Shown piece after piece: positions 45,562-58,200 of a stretch of DNA of 64,000 nucleotides. The translations under genes and the position numbers were made by a program. The first letter of the stretch is position 1. Each line of letters starts with the position of its first letter. The stretch comes from Ascoidea asiatica JCM 7603 (Eukaryota > Fungi > Ascomycota). Under the pieces are notes generated by a model. That model was given only the letters and a program-made list of their open reading frames with translations. It was not told the origin of the DNA and ran no database searches. The stretch covers positions 250,045-314,044 of the forward strand of contig BCKQ01000013.1 in NCBI GenBank assembly GCA_001600695.1. Direction: 5' to 3'.

Positions 45562-46005
45562 ATGGGTTTATTCGATTCAATTAATGACCAAATGGAAAAT
45601 ACCATTAAAAATAAAATCATTGATGGTGTTGAAGATCAAATTCAAACTAAATATGGTTATGATGTTGATTTCAATAATAATGATAATTCAAATTCTAACT
45701 CAAATTCTAATTCTAATTCAAACAACAATAATAACAATAACAATGATAACAATAACTCCTCAAATAATAACAACAACAATAACGATAATAACGATAATAA
45801 CGATAATAACAACAATAGCAACAACAACAATAGCAACAACAACAATAATAACAACAGTTCCTCAAATAACAGATCTTCAGGTAATGATTTTGGTGATATG
45901 GCTAGTCAATTTTTAAGTGGTAGTGGTAACTCAGATAATATTAGTAAATTAGCTAGTTCATTCCTTGGTGGTAGCAGTAACAGTAATAATAATGACAGAA
46001 ATTAA
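45562..46005 (+). CDS. Small Asn-rich prion-like protein
   Basis: Good start context (AAAATGG), upstream TATAAA near 45357, host-like codons. Ordered N- and C-terminal segments flank an approx. 70-aa N/S/D tract. Confidence 0.7.
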   Translation: MGLFDSINDQMENTIKNKIIDGVEDQIQTKYGYDVDFNNNDNSNSNSNSNSNSNNNNNNNNDNNNSSNNNNNNNDNNDNNDNNNNSNNNNSNNNNNNNSSSNNRSSGNDFGDMASQFLSGSGNSDNISKLASSFLGGSSNSNNNDRN

Positions 46006-47260
46006 ATTTTTTTCTAACTATATATTATCCTCGATGGTTGATTCTTAATGTTTCTCATAACTAATATAAGTTTATATTAATCTCAATACATCTCATTATA
46101 ATTATCTTATGACTCTTGTAACTTTTGTAGGTCTTATATTTTGTTATCCTATCTTATCTGATAATAATATCATTCGAATTGTAATTATTCTTCCACATTT
46201 ATTTTTTGGTTTTAATTTTATTTATTCCAGTTTCTTGAACAAAAGTTTTTCTCTTTATTATTTTGATGGTTTATAAATTGATCTACCATAATAAATCAGA
46301 GAATATTAATAACATCCTAAACAAAACAAAAAAGATTGTAGACCTTTAATGCTCTTTCTGGCATTCTCTTGTGAATATTTAACCCATTTTCATTCAAATA
46401 TGAAATAATTGAATATAAAAGTAATTCAAATTAAACCATGTTCGGCATCTCACGGCGTTCAATTATAAAGCACGTGGCTTTCGGCTTTTCGGCATGCAAA
46501 ATACTCAACCAGTAAATGCAGCTTAACATGATTCCTGCGTGTAAGTGCCTTTTCCACAACTCAATTCTCAGCTCTCAGCTCTTTTTCCCCCTTTTCTTCT
46601 TTTTACTACAAGAAGAAAAAGAGTAAGCGTTTTTAATTCTGATTAACTTATGTTTAACTTCTTCAGATCTTCTTCAGATCTTTTTTCTTTATTCAGAATA
46701 GTTTTAAAAGTTTTTGAACTGATTATTATTCTAGTATATTTTCAGGTAATAAACCTTGCCATTATAGGTTATTTATCTTCAATCGTAACCAATCGGGTTG
46801 CTTCCTCAGTAAAATTTTAAATTTTTAGTGGCAGGCATATGATAAAAAAGCTATTTTCCACTTTTGTAAAAGACTTGTCTCAGATTTGTTTAAATCCAGT
46901 AAATCATTACAATGATTATTACTCTTTAAATAATTTTTTCAAATAAGATCAGCCTCAAACTCTTTATCAGATCCATGTAAAAGTCAATAGATTTTAAACA
47001 TGTTTGTATTTTTTTATACTCTAATTATAAAGCTAAACTTCATTCAAATGATATAATATGTTTTGATTAAGTATATTGATGATGATTATTATTCTACATT
47101 ACATCATTTATTGGTTTTGAAAAACCAATAGGCTATAACTTAATTGAATACAGTTGATTTTTTTTTTATTTAAATTTTAATTTTGTTTCTGCTTTTGTAC
47201 GAGTAAATTTTCTAATAAAATGAATGACAAAGATATCTATATAATAAATAATAAAGTAAA

Positions 47261-47262
<2 letters not shown>

Positions 47263-47310
<48 letters not shown>
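47263..47310. repeat. (AAT)n microsatellite, about 16 units
   Basis: Read directly. Confidence 0.9.
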
Positions 47311-47311
<1 letters not shown>

Positions 47312-47573
47312 CTATAATATAATATAATAATATAATAGTTTAAAAAAAAGTTAGAGAAAAAGAAGCAAATTGAAAAAGAAAAAAAAAGACATAATATATA
47401 TATATGATATAAGTTATGGTTTAATATAATACAACCATTATAATAAAAGAATTGAAAGAGTTAAAACTAGTTAGATATAAAAAAAATTGATAAAAATTGA
47501 TAAAATTGATAAAAATTGATAAAAATTATAATATAACATAATAATCAAAATAATTTTTTAGTTTTTTCTATTA

Positions 47574-47903
47574 TCAAGATGAAGAAAAAACAGCTAAAAT
47601 ATTTTTTGAGATTGAATTAAAATATAAATAAACAAGATAATTTGAATAATTTATTAAACCAAAACCTTGATTATTAATTAAAGGATCTTGACTTAAATGA
47701 ATAGCTTGATAAATAATTTTTGAATCTAAATTTGGATTTTTAAATAAATTTCCACTATCAAAATAAGATAATAAATAACCATCTTGATTAATATAAATTG
47801 CACCAATTGCATTTTTACAACCAGTTTTTTCTTTTAATAAATTTATATTCATATTTTCCAACATTTCTGGAGGAAATATATCAAAATACATTTTGAACAT
47901 CAT
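47574..47903 (-). CDS. Ego2/Ego4-like roadblock subunit of the EGO (Ragulator) complex
   Basis: IGAIYINQDGYLL...LSQDPLINNQGFGLINYSNYLVYLY..ILAVFSS resembles Ego2 as recalled (IKGTIAFDTHGNVI...LDAEGFAQV..LLVHLYK..TLAVYTS). Confidence 0.7.
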   Translation of the reverse strand: MMFKMYFDIFPPEMLENMNINLLKEKTGCKNAIGAIYINQDGYLLSYFDSGNLFKNPNLDSKIIYQAIHLSQDPLINNQGFGLINYSNYLVYLYFNSISKNILAVFSSS

Positions 47904-50900
47904 ATGAAATATAAAATATGATAATGATTATGATAAGTAATGATAATGAAATAAAAAAGAAAAAAGAATATAATATAAAAAACTATAATATAATATAAGA
48001 TAATATGATGATAAAAAGAAATAATAGAAATATATATATAAATTTTTTTTTTTAATTAAATTTGAGAATAAAGATTCATAATTTATATTTATATATAATT
48101 AAATGATTGAATTAGTAATTATTTTATTAGTGTTTCAACCTCAATAAAAGTTAAATTTGCTTGTAAGACAAACCGTTATTGTTTGTTATTTCCTTTTACT
48201 TTTTTATAGTTTGATATTAATAGAGGTTAATTAAGTTTATATAAATTTAAATTTGAATAAGAATTAATAAGATTTAATAGGATTTATTTAAAGGAAAGTG
48301 AAAGAGATTTACTTATTTAAGTAGGATAATAAAGTTTTTATTAATACGGATGAAGTGATAATTTAAAATTTAAAGTAAATAATTAACAATTTATACAATA
48401 ATAGACAAAAATTGAACAAATTAAAATTAAACTATAGTTGATTGGATCCAGTTGGAAATGAATTAATTTATAAATGAATTGAATTGATTTGAAATGATTT
48501 AAATAGATTATAAATTATATACCAAAGAGTCCAAAAATAAAAACTTTGAAAACAAAAGTGATTACTTATATTTAAAGATTGACAATTGGCAATTGATAAA
48601 TGATAGAAGTTAATTGAATACTTAAAAAGGATATGTGTTTAGAAATAATTATTTTCTTTGTATAAAGAGAAACTAACAGGGATTATAATGAAATTAAAAA
48701 AAAAAAAGCCAGTTATTAATTATTATAGATTTTTGAACATTTGAAAAAAAATCTTTCCAGAAAGAAAAAAAAACATAAAAAAAAAAGAAGGAAAGAAAAC
48801 GAAGCAAAAACAAAACAAAGAAGAAACTCCAAAAGGGCAAAAATACAAGAAGAAGAAGAAGAAGAAAAAGAAAAATAAATGAAAGAAATAAAAAAAACAA
48901 TGCAAATGAAACTCTCAAATAAAGCTTGAAATATTCAAAGATTCAAAGATGCAAACACTGAAATATTCAGATGAAAAAAATCGAAAACAAAGCAGAAAAA
49001 AAGCGAATTTTCCAAAACAAGGCGGGAAATGCGGCGGTGCAATGTATATGAGGCTGAAAAGAGGCTGGTATGGAGTTTTTTTTTATTTGTGGCTGGAATA
49101 TGCAAGATAATGCATACTGTTAGTTGATGTATTAAAAGACATCTTAATGCATATCCTAAAATCCAGAGCAGTGGGTCTTAACTTGTATCCGATAAAGTTC
49201 CGCGCTGTTGCCGAGAATCCGAATTTGAAAAATTAAAAAAAAATTAAAAAAAAATATTTTCAGACACAAAATTCAGATTTAAAAGTAGTTATTTTTTGTC
49301 TTTAAAAGTTGAGGGTTGTTGAGACTTTTTCTCGACACCAGACTTTTTCTTTCACGTTTCAACGAGAAATTCAGTTCATTGACTGGTGATAGGCTTATGC
49401 ACTTGTTGAAGATCACAGATTATCTTCAATGACCATAGACTCTCTGATTCTTTTATTCTCTGATCTTCTGATCTTCTTGTTTTCTTGTTTTCTGGGTTTC
49501 TAAATTTATTCAATAAACTTCAGAGTAAATTATTATATAGAGTATCTGTTTCTGAGTATCTGTTACTATTTCCAGTCTAATAACGCGTCTGTAGACAAAT
49601 TATAAACTAATTGTAGTCTAATAAACTAATTGAAGACGATTTATAGCCTCTTAAGATTGTTCAGTTTATAAAATTAAGTCCATAATTCGATACTTAAATT
49701 ACTTTTCTCAATACACCCTTAATACTTTTTTCGTTTTAGTGACTAACTGCAGTACAAAATTTATTGCAGCATACTAATCATCTTCTTTAATTTATTTGAA
49801 CATTACTTTAATTAACGAGAGTAAAGTAACAACAATAACAACCATAGTAATAATTACAAAATTATCAAAATCAAAATCAGTCTTGTAATTTTGAACTTCA
49901 AAACAAAAAAAAAATTTGATCGGTTAAATCAAGGATTTTCTAAAAACTATCAAAAATATCAATATCTTTAGAAAACACAATTTTCTGCTACAAAATATAT
50001 TGACAATTGTTTTTTCACTGTAACATTAATCGTACTATTTTATATTTAATATTAAGTCCAAATGATCAATCTCTTATAATTTCCAATAAATTCTCTAAAA
50101 TTCCAATTCAAAAAGAGTCAGAATAATCATTTATTTTCATGTTGCAAAAAAATCAAATGAAAGACAATTGATTTTTAACTTCACTTTCAATTTATTTCAA
50201 TTTCAATTTTGAAAGGCGTTGAAGGGGTGAGAATTTAACCTTATAATATCTTCATATATTTTTAAAAGTAATTGAATCAATTTCATTGAGTTAATAACGA
50301 AAATTATAAATGAATAGATTTCTTCTGAAATATCAGAGCCATTCAATTTTTAATTCATGAAAATCATACTTGAAACAAAATCACTTCAAATACCATTAAA
50401 CAACTCAAAAGAAAATAAAAAAAATATTCAAATAAAATTTGAGTAAGCTTTTTATTCAACTTAACTTTCCCAATAATTTAATTGATTTACAAATTAAAAT
50501 GGAAGTTAATACTTTTTTTGCTGCCTTTTGAGCAAATTTTCCTCGTGTCATTATTAATTTTATAATTTAATAATTAATTTTATCCATAACACTTTTATTT
50601 TTATCCTTCAAACCAAACCTTTTGAGATTCAAAGATATTAAAAATATTTTTTTTTATTCATTTACAAGATTATTTTTTAATTCAATCATCAATGATTTAT
50701 CGATCGATATTTTAACAAAATTACGGTATTGAAAATACATACCACTACCACTATTGAAATAGTTATTGAGATAAACACAGTGATAAACTACTGTAATTGA
50801 ATTATTCAATACAAAATATTCATGATTTTTATTTCATAATGATCAGAGGCAGCAAGGCAAACAAATAGAAGATAATCTCAATATCACTCGATTATTTTTC

Positions 50901-51559
50901 CAGAAAGGAAGAAAACGTTTTAAAATATACTACAATTTCTAAGAGTCAACATTAGGAAGTTTTAGACAATATTGTCTAGTATTTGTATTAAAAAAAAATT
51001 AACAGAAAACTTGGTCATAATGAAATTTTTATTGAATTTCATTTAAATAAAAAGCAAATAAAAGAGAAAATAATAAAAAATATATAAAAAAAAGTATAAC
51101 ATATTATTATCATATACTGCTAAATGATCATTAAAGAAAATTTAGAGTAAAGGATAGAAAAAATTGTATTGAAATTATCTAAAACCAATTTATTTATTTT
51201 TGAAAGAAATGAAATATAACCTTGAAAATATAGGGCATAAATAGAAGAAGAAAAGAATTTGAAGGAATAAAAAAAATAAAATACAAGAAAATACCATTTC
51301 TAACTAAAAAATTATAATTGTTTTTTTTTTCTTTTTTTCTTTGAATAAATTGAACTTGAAAAAAGGATAGAAGAATAGAAAAATAGAATGAAATAGAATA
51401 GAATAGAACAGAATAGCAAATTATAAGATAAAATAAGATATAAATAATTTTTATGAGGAGGATGAAATAAGGATTATAGATTTATGGAATATAATAGTAG
51501 TTGATAAAAAAAGAAAGAGACAGAATGAGTTAAAGTAGTAATTGAATTTCATAAAAAGA

Positions 51560-52258
51560 TTATAATTGTATAACCACATCATCAGAAAAATCTGCTGTAG
51601 AATTCTGACGAGATTGTTTTCTCAGTATTAAAGGTTTAACAACATCATGAGAAGATAAAGAATTTGAACCAAAAGATTTAGATAAACTGTTATGATTACT
51701 TAAAGAAGAATTTGATAAATGATTATTACTTGAATTATTTAATGAAGTACCTTCTAAATTTTTAGTTAATAAACCAATTGAATAATCATTATTAAAAGAA
51801 TCCGAACTATAAGTAGAAACACTTGTACTTGAACCAGCCATTGTAGAATCATAATATGAATCTAAAGAAACACTGGAACATATAGAATTTGAATTACCTT
51901 TTGTATTTGAAAATATAAATTCATCTTGACTTCCAGTAAAAGTAGAATTATTTGCATTAATCATTGGTGGATTTGGACTTGTTAAAGTATTAAGAGTTTG
52001 AGCATGAACAGATCTTCTTGCTCTTGGTTGAGATTCATTTAAGAGTTCTTCTTCTGTAGTTGCTGAATTTTGATCATTAAAACATTCAGTAGATTGAATA
52101 CTATCTGAGATTCTATTTTCTTCTATTGAAGTTATTTGAGAATTTGTTGAACTTTCATTATGACCAGCAGCTTTTTGTTGTTGAAGTTTAAGCATTCTTT
52201 GTTTTGCTCTTTCTAATCTCCAAGTATTAGCTGGTTTTATTTCACTTTTTGAAGACAT
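51560..52258 (-). CDS. Ser/Asn-rich protein of unknown function
   Basis: 232-aa ORF with host-like codon usage and AAAATG context. N-terminal helix TWRLERAKQRMLKL. No domain recognised. Confidence 0.7.
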   Translation of the reverse strand: MSSKSEIKPANTWRLERAKQRMLKLQQQKAAGHNESSTNSQITSIEENRISDSIQSTECFNDQNSATTEEELLNESQPRARRSVHAQTLNTLTSPNPPMINANNSTFTGSQDEFIFSNTKGNSNSICSSVSLDSYYDSTMAGSSTSVSTYSSDSFNNDYSIGLLTKNLEGTSLNNSSNNHLSNSSLSNHNSLSKSFGSNSLSSHDVVKPLILRKQSRQNSTADFSDDVVIQL

Positions 52259-55200
52259 TTTTATTTATAAATTATGTTGAGAATGGAAATGAAATTAATT
52301 TGATTTAATATATAATATGGTATATAACTTTGTATAGGATATTAAATATATGAAATTATATGATGATATATGATATGATATTATATATGATATTATATAT
52401 AAAAATATTGATATTGATGGTTACTATGTTGAAAAAATTTTAGTAAAAGAAATTTAAAGCTTATAAAAATTTAATGAAAGTTGTCTATAATAAAAAAAAA
52501 AGAGAAAATCAATGTTTATATATAAATTGAATGAAATATTTGATATGAAGTGAAGGAAAGAAAGAAAGAAAGAAAGAAGTAAATAAAAGATTCATATTAA
52601 ATTCGGTTTTCCTGAGAAAATATACTTATTAATTGATTAATAGTTGACTAAAATTCAGTAACAATACAGTATTGTTTCTGTAGTGTAGTGTTACTGTAGT
52701 GTAAAGTTATCAAAAATCAATTTCCCATTAAAATTACTGATTAACCATAAAAAAATAATAATTCAAGTAATTGTAATTATTAAACTTTAGTGGTAGTGCC
52801 TGTGATAAAAAGAAAATAACTTACTTGAAGTAAGCCAATAACCCAATAATCCAATAACCAAATAATTAATTAGCCTAAGCACTGAAAAAGGATAGAAGTA
52901 GATAGATAATCTTTGCGTGTTACAATAACTTTCAAAAACTTTTCAATAACTTTTCAGTAAACCAGATGTATTAAAGGGAGATTTGAAAGTTTTTCAGTAG
53001 TTTGGCTGTATTTTATTGCAGAAATAACGAACTTTAACAAGAAACTCGGTGGGTGAAAGTAAATTTTTGGCAAACAAATCTCCAAGTGCATACCTTTGAG
53101 CTTGGTAAGAATATAAATAATACAAGGCAAATTAAAGGTCTGAGAAGTGTGAAAAGTTTGAAATTGGAGGACAATATTTTGCATTTGTTAGACTTATCAT
53201 AACCTCATTTATGCCTTATGGCTGTGTCGACTAACAAAACATATTGTTAATTATCAATAATATGTTCGAGGAGCATGATTTCCGTAGATTAATCATTTAC
53301 ACACTGCTGTAGTGATAATGAATAATATTTTCTTTTATTTGTTTTAGAATATAAAATATTTAGATTTTTTGGAAACTTGAAAACAAGTCAAACTTGGGGC
53401 CACCTAACTTGGCCTCAGCATGTTCACCAGGCTCAACCACTTCAACAACTCCATTAAAACTGGCGAAGTTAACTTGAATTCAAAGGAGATTTGCAACAGC
53501 ATTCTCAGAAACTGAAGAAGTCTCAGAAGCCTGAGAAACCTGAGAAAACTTTTTTGGAAGTATAAAGATTCTGAGACTGTTGTCAAAGAAACTAAAACAC
53601 AAGGTTAGGTTGCTCCAGACAAGACTAATGTAACATTTGCAGAATTATTTGAACAAACAATTCAAAATATTTTTACAAAAATTGTAATTATTCATAACAT
53701 TTGTTTTTTAATAAATGTCTTAAATATTTGTAGTGTTGGGAGGATGCAAACTTTGGAAAAATTGCAACCAAAAAAAAACGTTAATTGCAGCTAATTAATA
53801 AATGTTAACTAAAATATTGGTTCTGGATCTAAAGTTAAATGAACGAAAGCCTTAAAAAACCAAATGTTTATGAAAATTTTAATGAATATGTCCATGAATA
53901 ATTATTTACAATATTGATTATTAAAGATTAGCGTATTTAAGATTACTTTTTGATGCAACTTGTTTTCATATTAGTATTCTAACAGTAGAGCATTTTATCA
54001 TCTCCAGTGATAAAACAGCACCAGCAAATGATTTTAATAACGTTGTTGGAAAAAGCGCAAGTAACGTTACAAGTTTAACAATAAACTCATTAATTTTCAA
54101 TGATCCAGAAGATTATGAGAAATATTATGAATATCCTGATACAATGACTAAAAGTATCTCAAATGCCTCAGATTTATGATCCTTTTCTTCTTCATAATTA
54201 TCGTTGTCTTGTTTTTGTTCTTGTTATTCTCTTTTACAGTACAATAAAGTTCAAACCACTGACATTGACAGAGAAGACCAAGAAGACAAATCAAATTTCA
54301 TAGTTTGAACATTTTTTAATCTTGTCATTAATTGACCTATGAGATTATATATTTTTTCTATTTAAAATTTATTATTTATTATTTATTTTTTATCGTTTAT
54401 CTTGTCTGTTTTCTATTCAAATGAAATTTGGCCGTAAATTTGAAATAATATTTCATTTTGATTAAGGAGAAGCCAAGTACTTTTATTTCAATTTCAATTT
54501 CAATCTTCCATCAGTTCAAATCCATGAGAATATTTTAATTAAATAAAGGACAAGCTAAAGACAAGTTTAATTCACTCCTGTTTAGAATAACAATAGACTA
54601 CTGTTAGAATACTAATAGAATACTGTTTTTTTTTCATCCCTGATTTATTTTCTGATAACGTCAAAAAAGGCTGTTGAGTTCCAATTTATCTCCACTAAAA
54701 ATATGTATAATATCTGCCTATAATCAAGCCTAAATTATCATTATTTTTTTTAATTATAATTACAACAGTCAAATCAAGCCTTATTTTACTCTTCAAATAC
54801 AGTGCAGTAATAATATTTAATTATATCAAAAGCACTACTAAATTATGATCTTATATCTCAACGGCTTTTCTACTCGATTTAATATCATTGGCTTCCATTA
54901 TCATCTTTTGAAATTGATTAAAACTGATTGAATTTGCTTGAGTACCAATTGAATTAGGATCCTCCAAGAACCTCAGTCGATTACTAAAATAAGTTTTACT
55001 AAATAATATACAATAGGCTTCATATTAATATATTTTTTAATATATTCTTAATATCCTTATCGTTAAATTAATAGGGCTGATAATAACTTTTGATTTGTAA
55101 CTTCACGTTTCAAAAGATTCTTTTATCTTATCATGATACCATTGTACAGTGCTGTGATAAATTATTGAGAGTTATCTGAAAAGAAAAAAGAATGTTACTT

Positions 55201-58200
55201 TCACAGAAAAACTTCCTTAATTGAAATGAGAATTAAAAAATTTATTAATTAATTAATTATAATCAATTGAAATATTGGAATTGACTGAAGAATTAACCAA
55301 ATAAAAAGCAATATTACTTCAAAATATTCATTTTAAGCACTCAACTACTGTATTATTTCTTGTGAATTCAATAAGGAGCATGCATTAATAAATAATTATC
55401 AATAATATTATTAAAATTCTCTCCTTATCACATTATCACACTCTTAAGAAATTCAAGGCTAATTCCATTTCATTTCGTTAATGTAATTATGTTATTGAGA
55501 AAGTTTTGGTTTCTTAAAGGAATAACCCTATGTCAGTTTGTAATAAATATAATATTTATTATTAAATGTTAGTGATTTTTACTAAATTTTGAAAAACATT
55601 AAAAGATATTAAAAAACAGTAAAACAATTGAATTATTGTCTTAAACATGTTTTTGAAATAATGAATTTTGTCTCAGATAAATTTACAATATTCCTGTCAG
55701 ATTTCTCAAAATATTAAAAAATAATTAAAAAACAAATCTGAGACAATATTGTAAAATTATGTATAAATACAGTAATGTTATCAATAAGTAATTAGTAATA
55801 ATCTTCAATTAAGAAATTTTATTAAAGGAATTAATAATATCAAATTGTTTGATCTTCATCATCACTAATAATAAAAATAAATATCTTTGAGAACTTTTTT
55901 AGTAATTTAAAGATAATTATTTCCTCTTTTTTTATGTTAATTATTAACTTACAAACATTTAACAATGTAGATTTGCAAGCACTCAATTAAAAAAAAAAAT
56001 TAAATACTTGATTGGCTAATTACTTAGCTCCTTGATAATTTATATTGATTAAAAGTTCTTTTATTGACTTCTTTTACAAAGGCTTGCAATAATTATTAAA
56101 TGGATTACGTGTATCTCGTAGTATATAACAGTTTTGCCAAAGTGTACAGTATAAATCGATCCATAGGACCAAAATTGGAGATATGAGACAAAAATTGTGG
56201 TGATAAATTGAAACATTTCCTTTTCGAAATTCAAATTTTTTTTTTTTGACTCCACTAATTCTACTTAAGTTCTAATTAATTTACACTATTATGGATGTGA
56301 AAAGTTTTAGTTCAGGAACCAAATAAATTTGTCCACTAATCTTTTAAATCTTTGTGATTCCAGAGAAATGAAAAACAATTTCAATTCATAAAAGGATAAT
56401 ATTTATTCAAAATACTCGAATGGTTGTTTGAACTTTGAAAAGTTTCTCCAAATTAAAACATTCAAATAAATAAATATTTAAAGGTCTCAAGATGGAGAAT
56501 TCAATTTGATTATTATTTTTTCTTTGCAATTTTGACCATCAAAAGCAAGAAAAATATAAAAAATTATTTCTGCAATTTATATATCTAGATCTTATTTATT
56601 ATAGTAATACATAGCCATCTTTAGTAAGAGTAAGACAAAAACAAGAAAAATTCACAGAGTTACTTCTCTAATTTTTCCTTTCAATCATTGAATCAATATT
56701 TTATTCAAAATAATAATTCTCTAGGAGTCCATAAAATACCGATCCGATGGTGAATTTTGTTATTGCGTTTGGGTAATAATGTTTCATAAAATTCTCCAAT
56801 ATCAATAATAAAATAGTCATCGCTTATACAGTATCTTGGCTTTGGGTAATCTAGTGCAGGAATTTGAATTCACATATTCTACATTACTGTCTACCAAATA
56901 AATGATGAGAAATTTTTGTGTTTTTTTTTTCTCCGAATTCAATTAAGGAGATTAAAAAATATCAATGAAATATATGCACATTCTCTAACAAATAGAAAAT
57001 TAAAAGTGAATGATGACTTTTAATTTTCATAAACTTGAATCTATTTTTTTTTCTTTTAAATACAAGATTTTACGACTTCCAGATAATGGAATTTTTAAAT
57101 CAACGTGCTTTAGTTTTATTTTTATTCAAATTTCATTTACACTAATTTATTTTTTACAAAAAAACAATTGAATAAAAACAAATTTCATAAAATCCAAACT
57201 TGGACAAAAATAAACAATGGATAGATTTAATTTTTCCAATAATAGCATTTCGTATAATCTGAAAATGAGAAGCAATTTGTAAATTTTTCAATATAAAAGT
57301 TTTATGGATCTACTTTTTTGATGAACTGTAGTACTGCAATGTAAATATATTTGCAGTAATATGAAATTTGAACAAAGAGAAGACATATAATATTGTTATT
57401 ATTAGTATTTGGCTAAATTACCAATGTTTTCGAAGTGTATATTAACAAAAGTATTAAAAATTTCTTTCTTCCGTATGATAAACGATAATTTTACTGATTG
57501 TTTTCCGATTTTTTTTTCAAAAGACATTTTCCACCTTTTGCCCAAGAACAAATAAACAAAAAAAACAATTAAATTTTTGGACGGAGAGAAGGTTTATTCC
57601 ATATTTAACAAATACATATTACATAAGCTTGTGATTATTATTATTTGAATCGCAAACCCCTCTTGGTGGTGATAATTTTCAATAGAGATCTGAAATATGA
57701 ATGAGAATAAAATAATAATAATTATTTGTCGTAGTAAATATTATTTTCCAAATTTCACTTTCCCAAAAGAGATCAAATACCAAGGTGAAATCTCAACGAC
57801 TTTAAAAAAGTACCGCACGGAGAAAAAGCCTGGTGCTGTTAACATTAGACCAAAGTGTTTCAATTCCCCATTTAGACGGCAAGCAATTCAAAGCCTGTGA
57901 TTGGCTTTCCCAAATATGCAGTACGACGTTATGTTATGGCTCAGCTACCTCAAAATTAACTTGTTAATTTATATACATAACTGTGCAGCTATGCATAATA
58001 GATTTGGAACGTTACAAAAAGTCTGCATTATCTAGATCGGAGCCAATTAAGGGAAGCAACTCCAAATGTACCGCGGTGTGTACATTCCCCTAGTAAAACC
58101 CTAAATACGCAGAACAGCACCGGTGGGCGAACAGACGCCACAGACCAATACGTGCCGTGAGCTATTGAGGCAGAGTCACGCTGTCTGGATCTTGGGGGTG

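Noticed and set aside
49540-49566. U2-like AGTATCTGTT, twice
   Set aside because: Lacks the GTGTAGTA branch-pairing sequence and stems. It is a local duplication.
46875-55746. 17-bp inverted match (46875-46891 vs 55730-55746) as transposon TIRs
   Set aside because: Matches of this length can arise by chance in AT-rich DNA. No transposase or target-site duplication was recognised, and host genes lie between.
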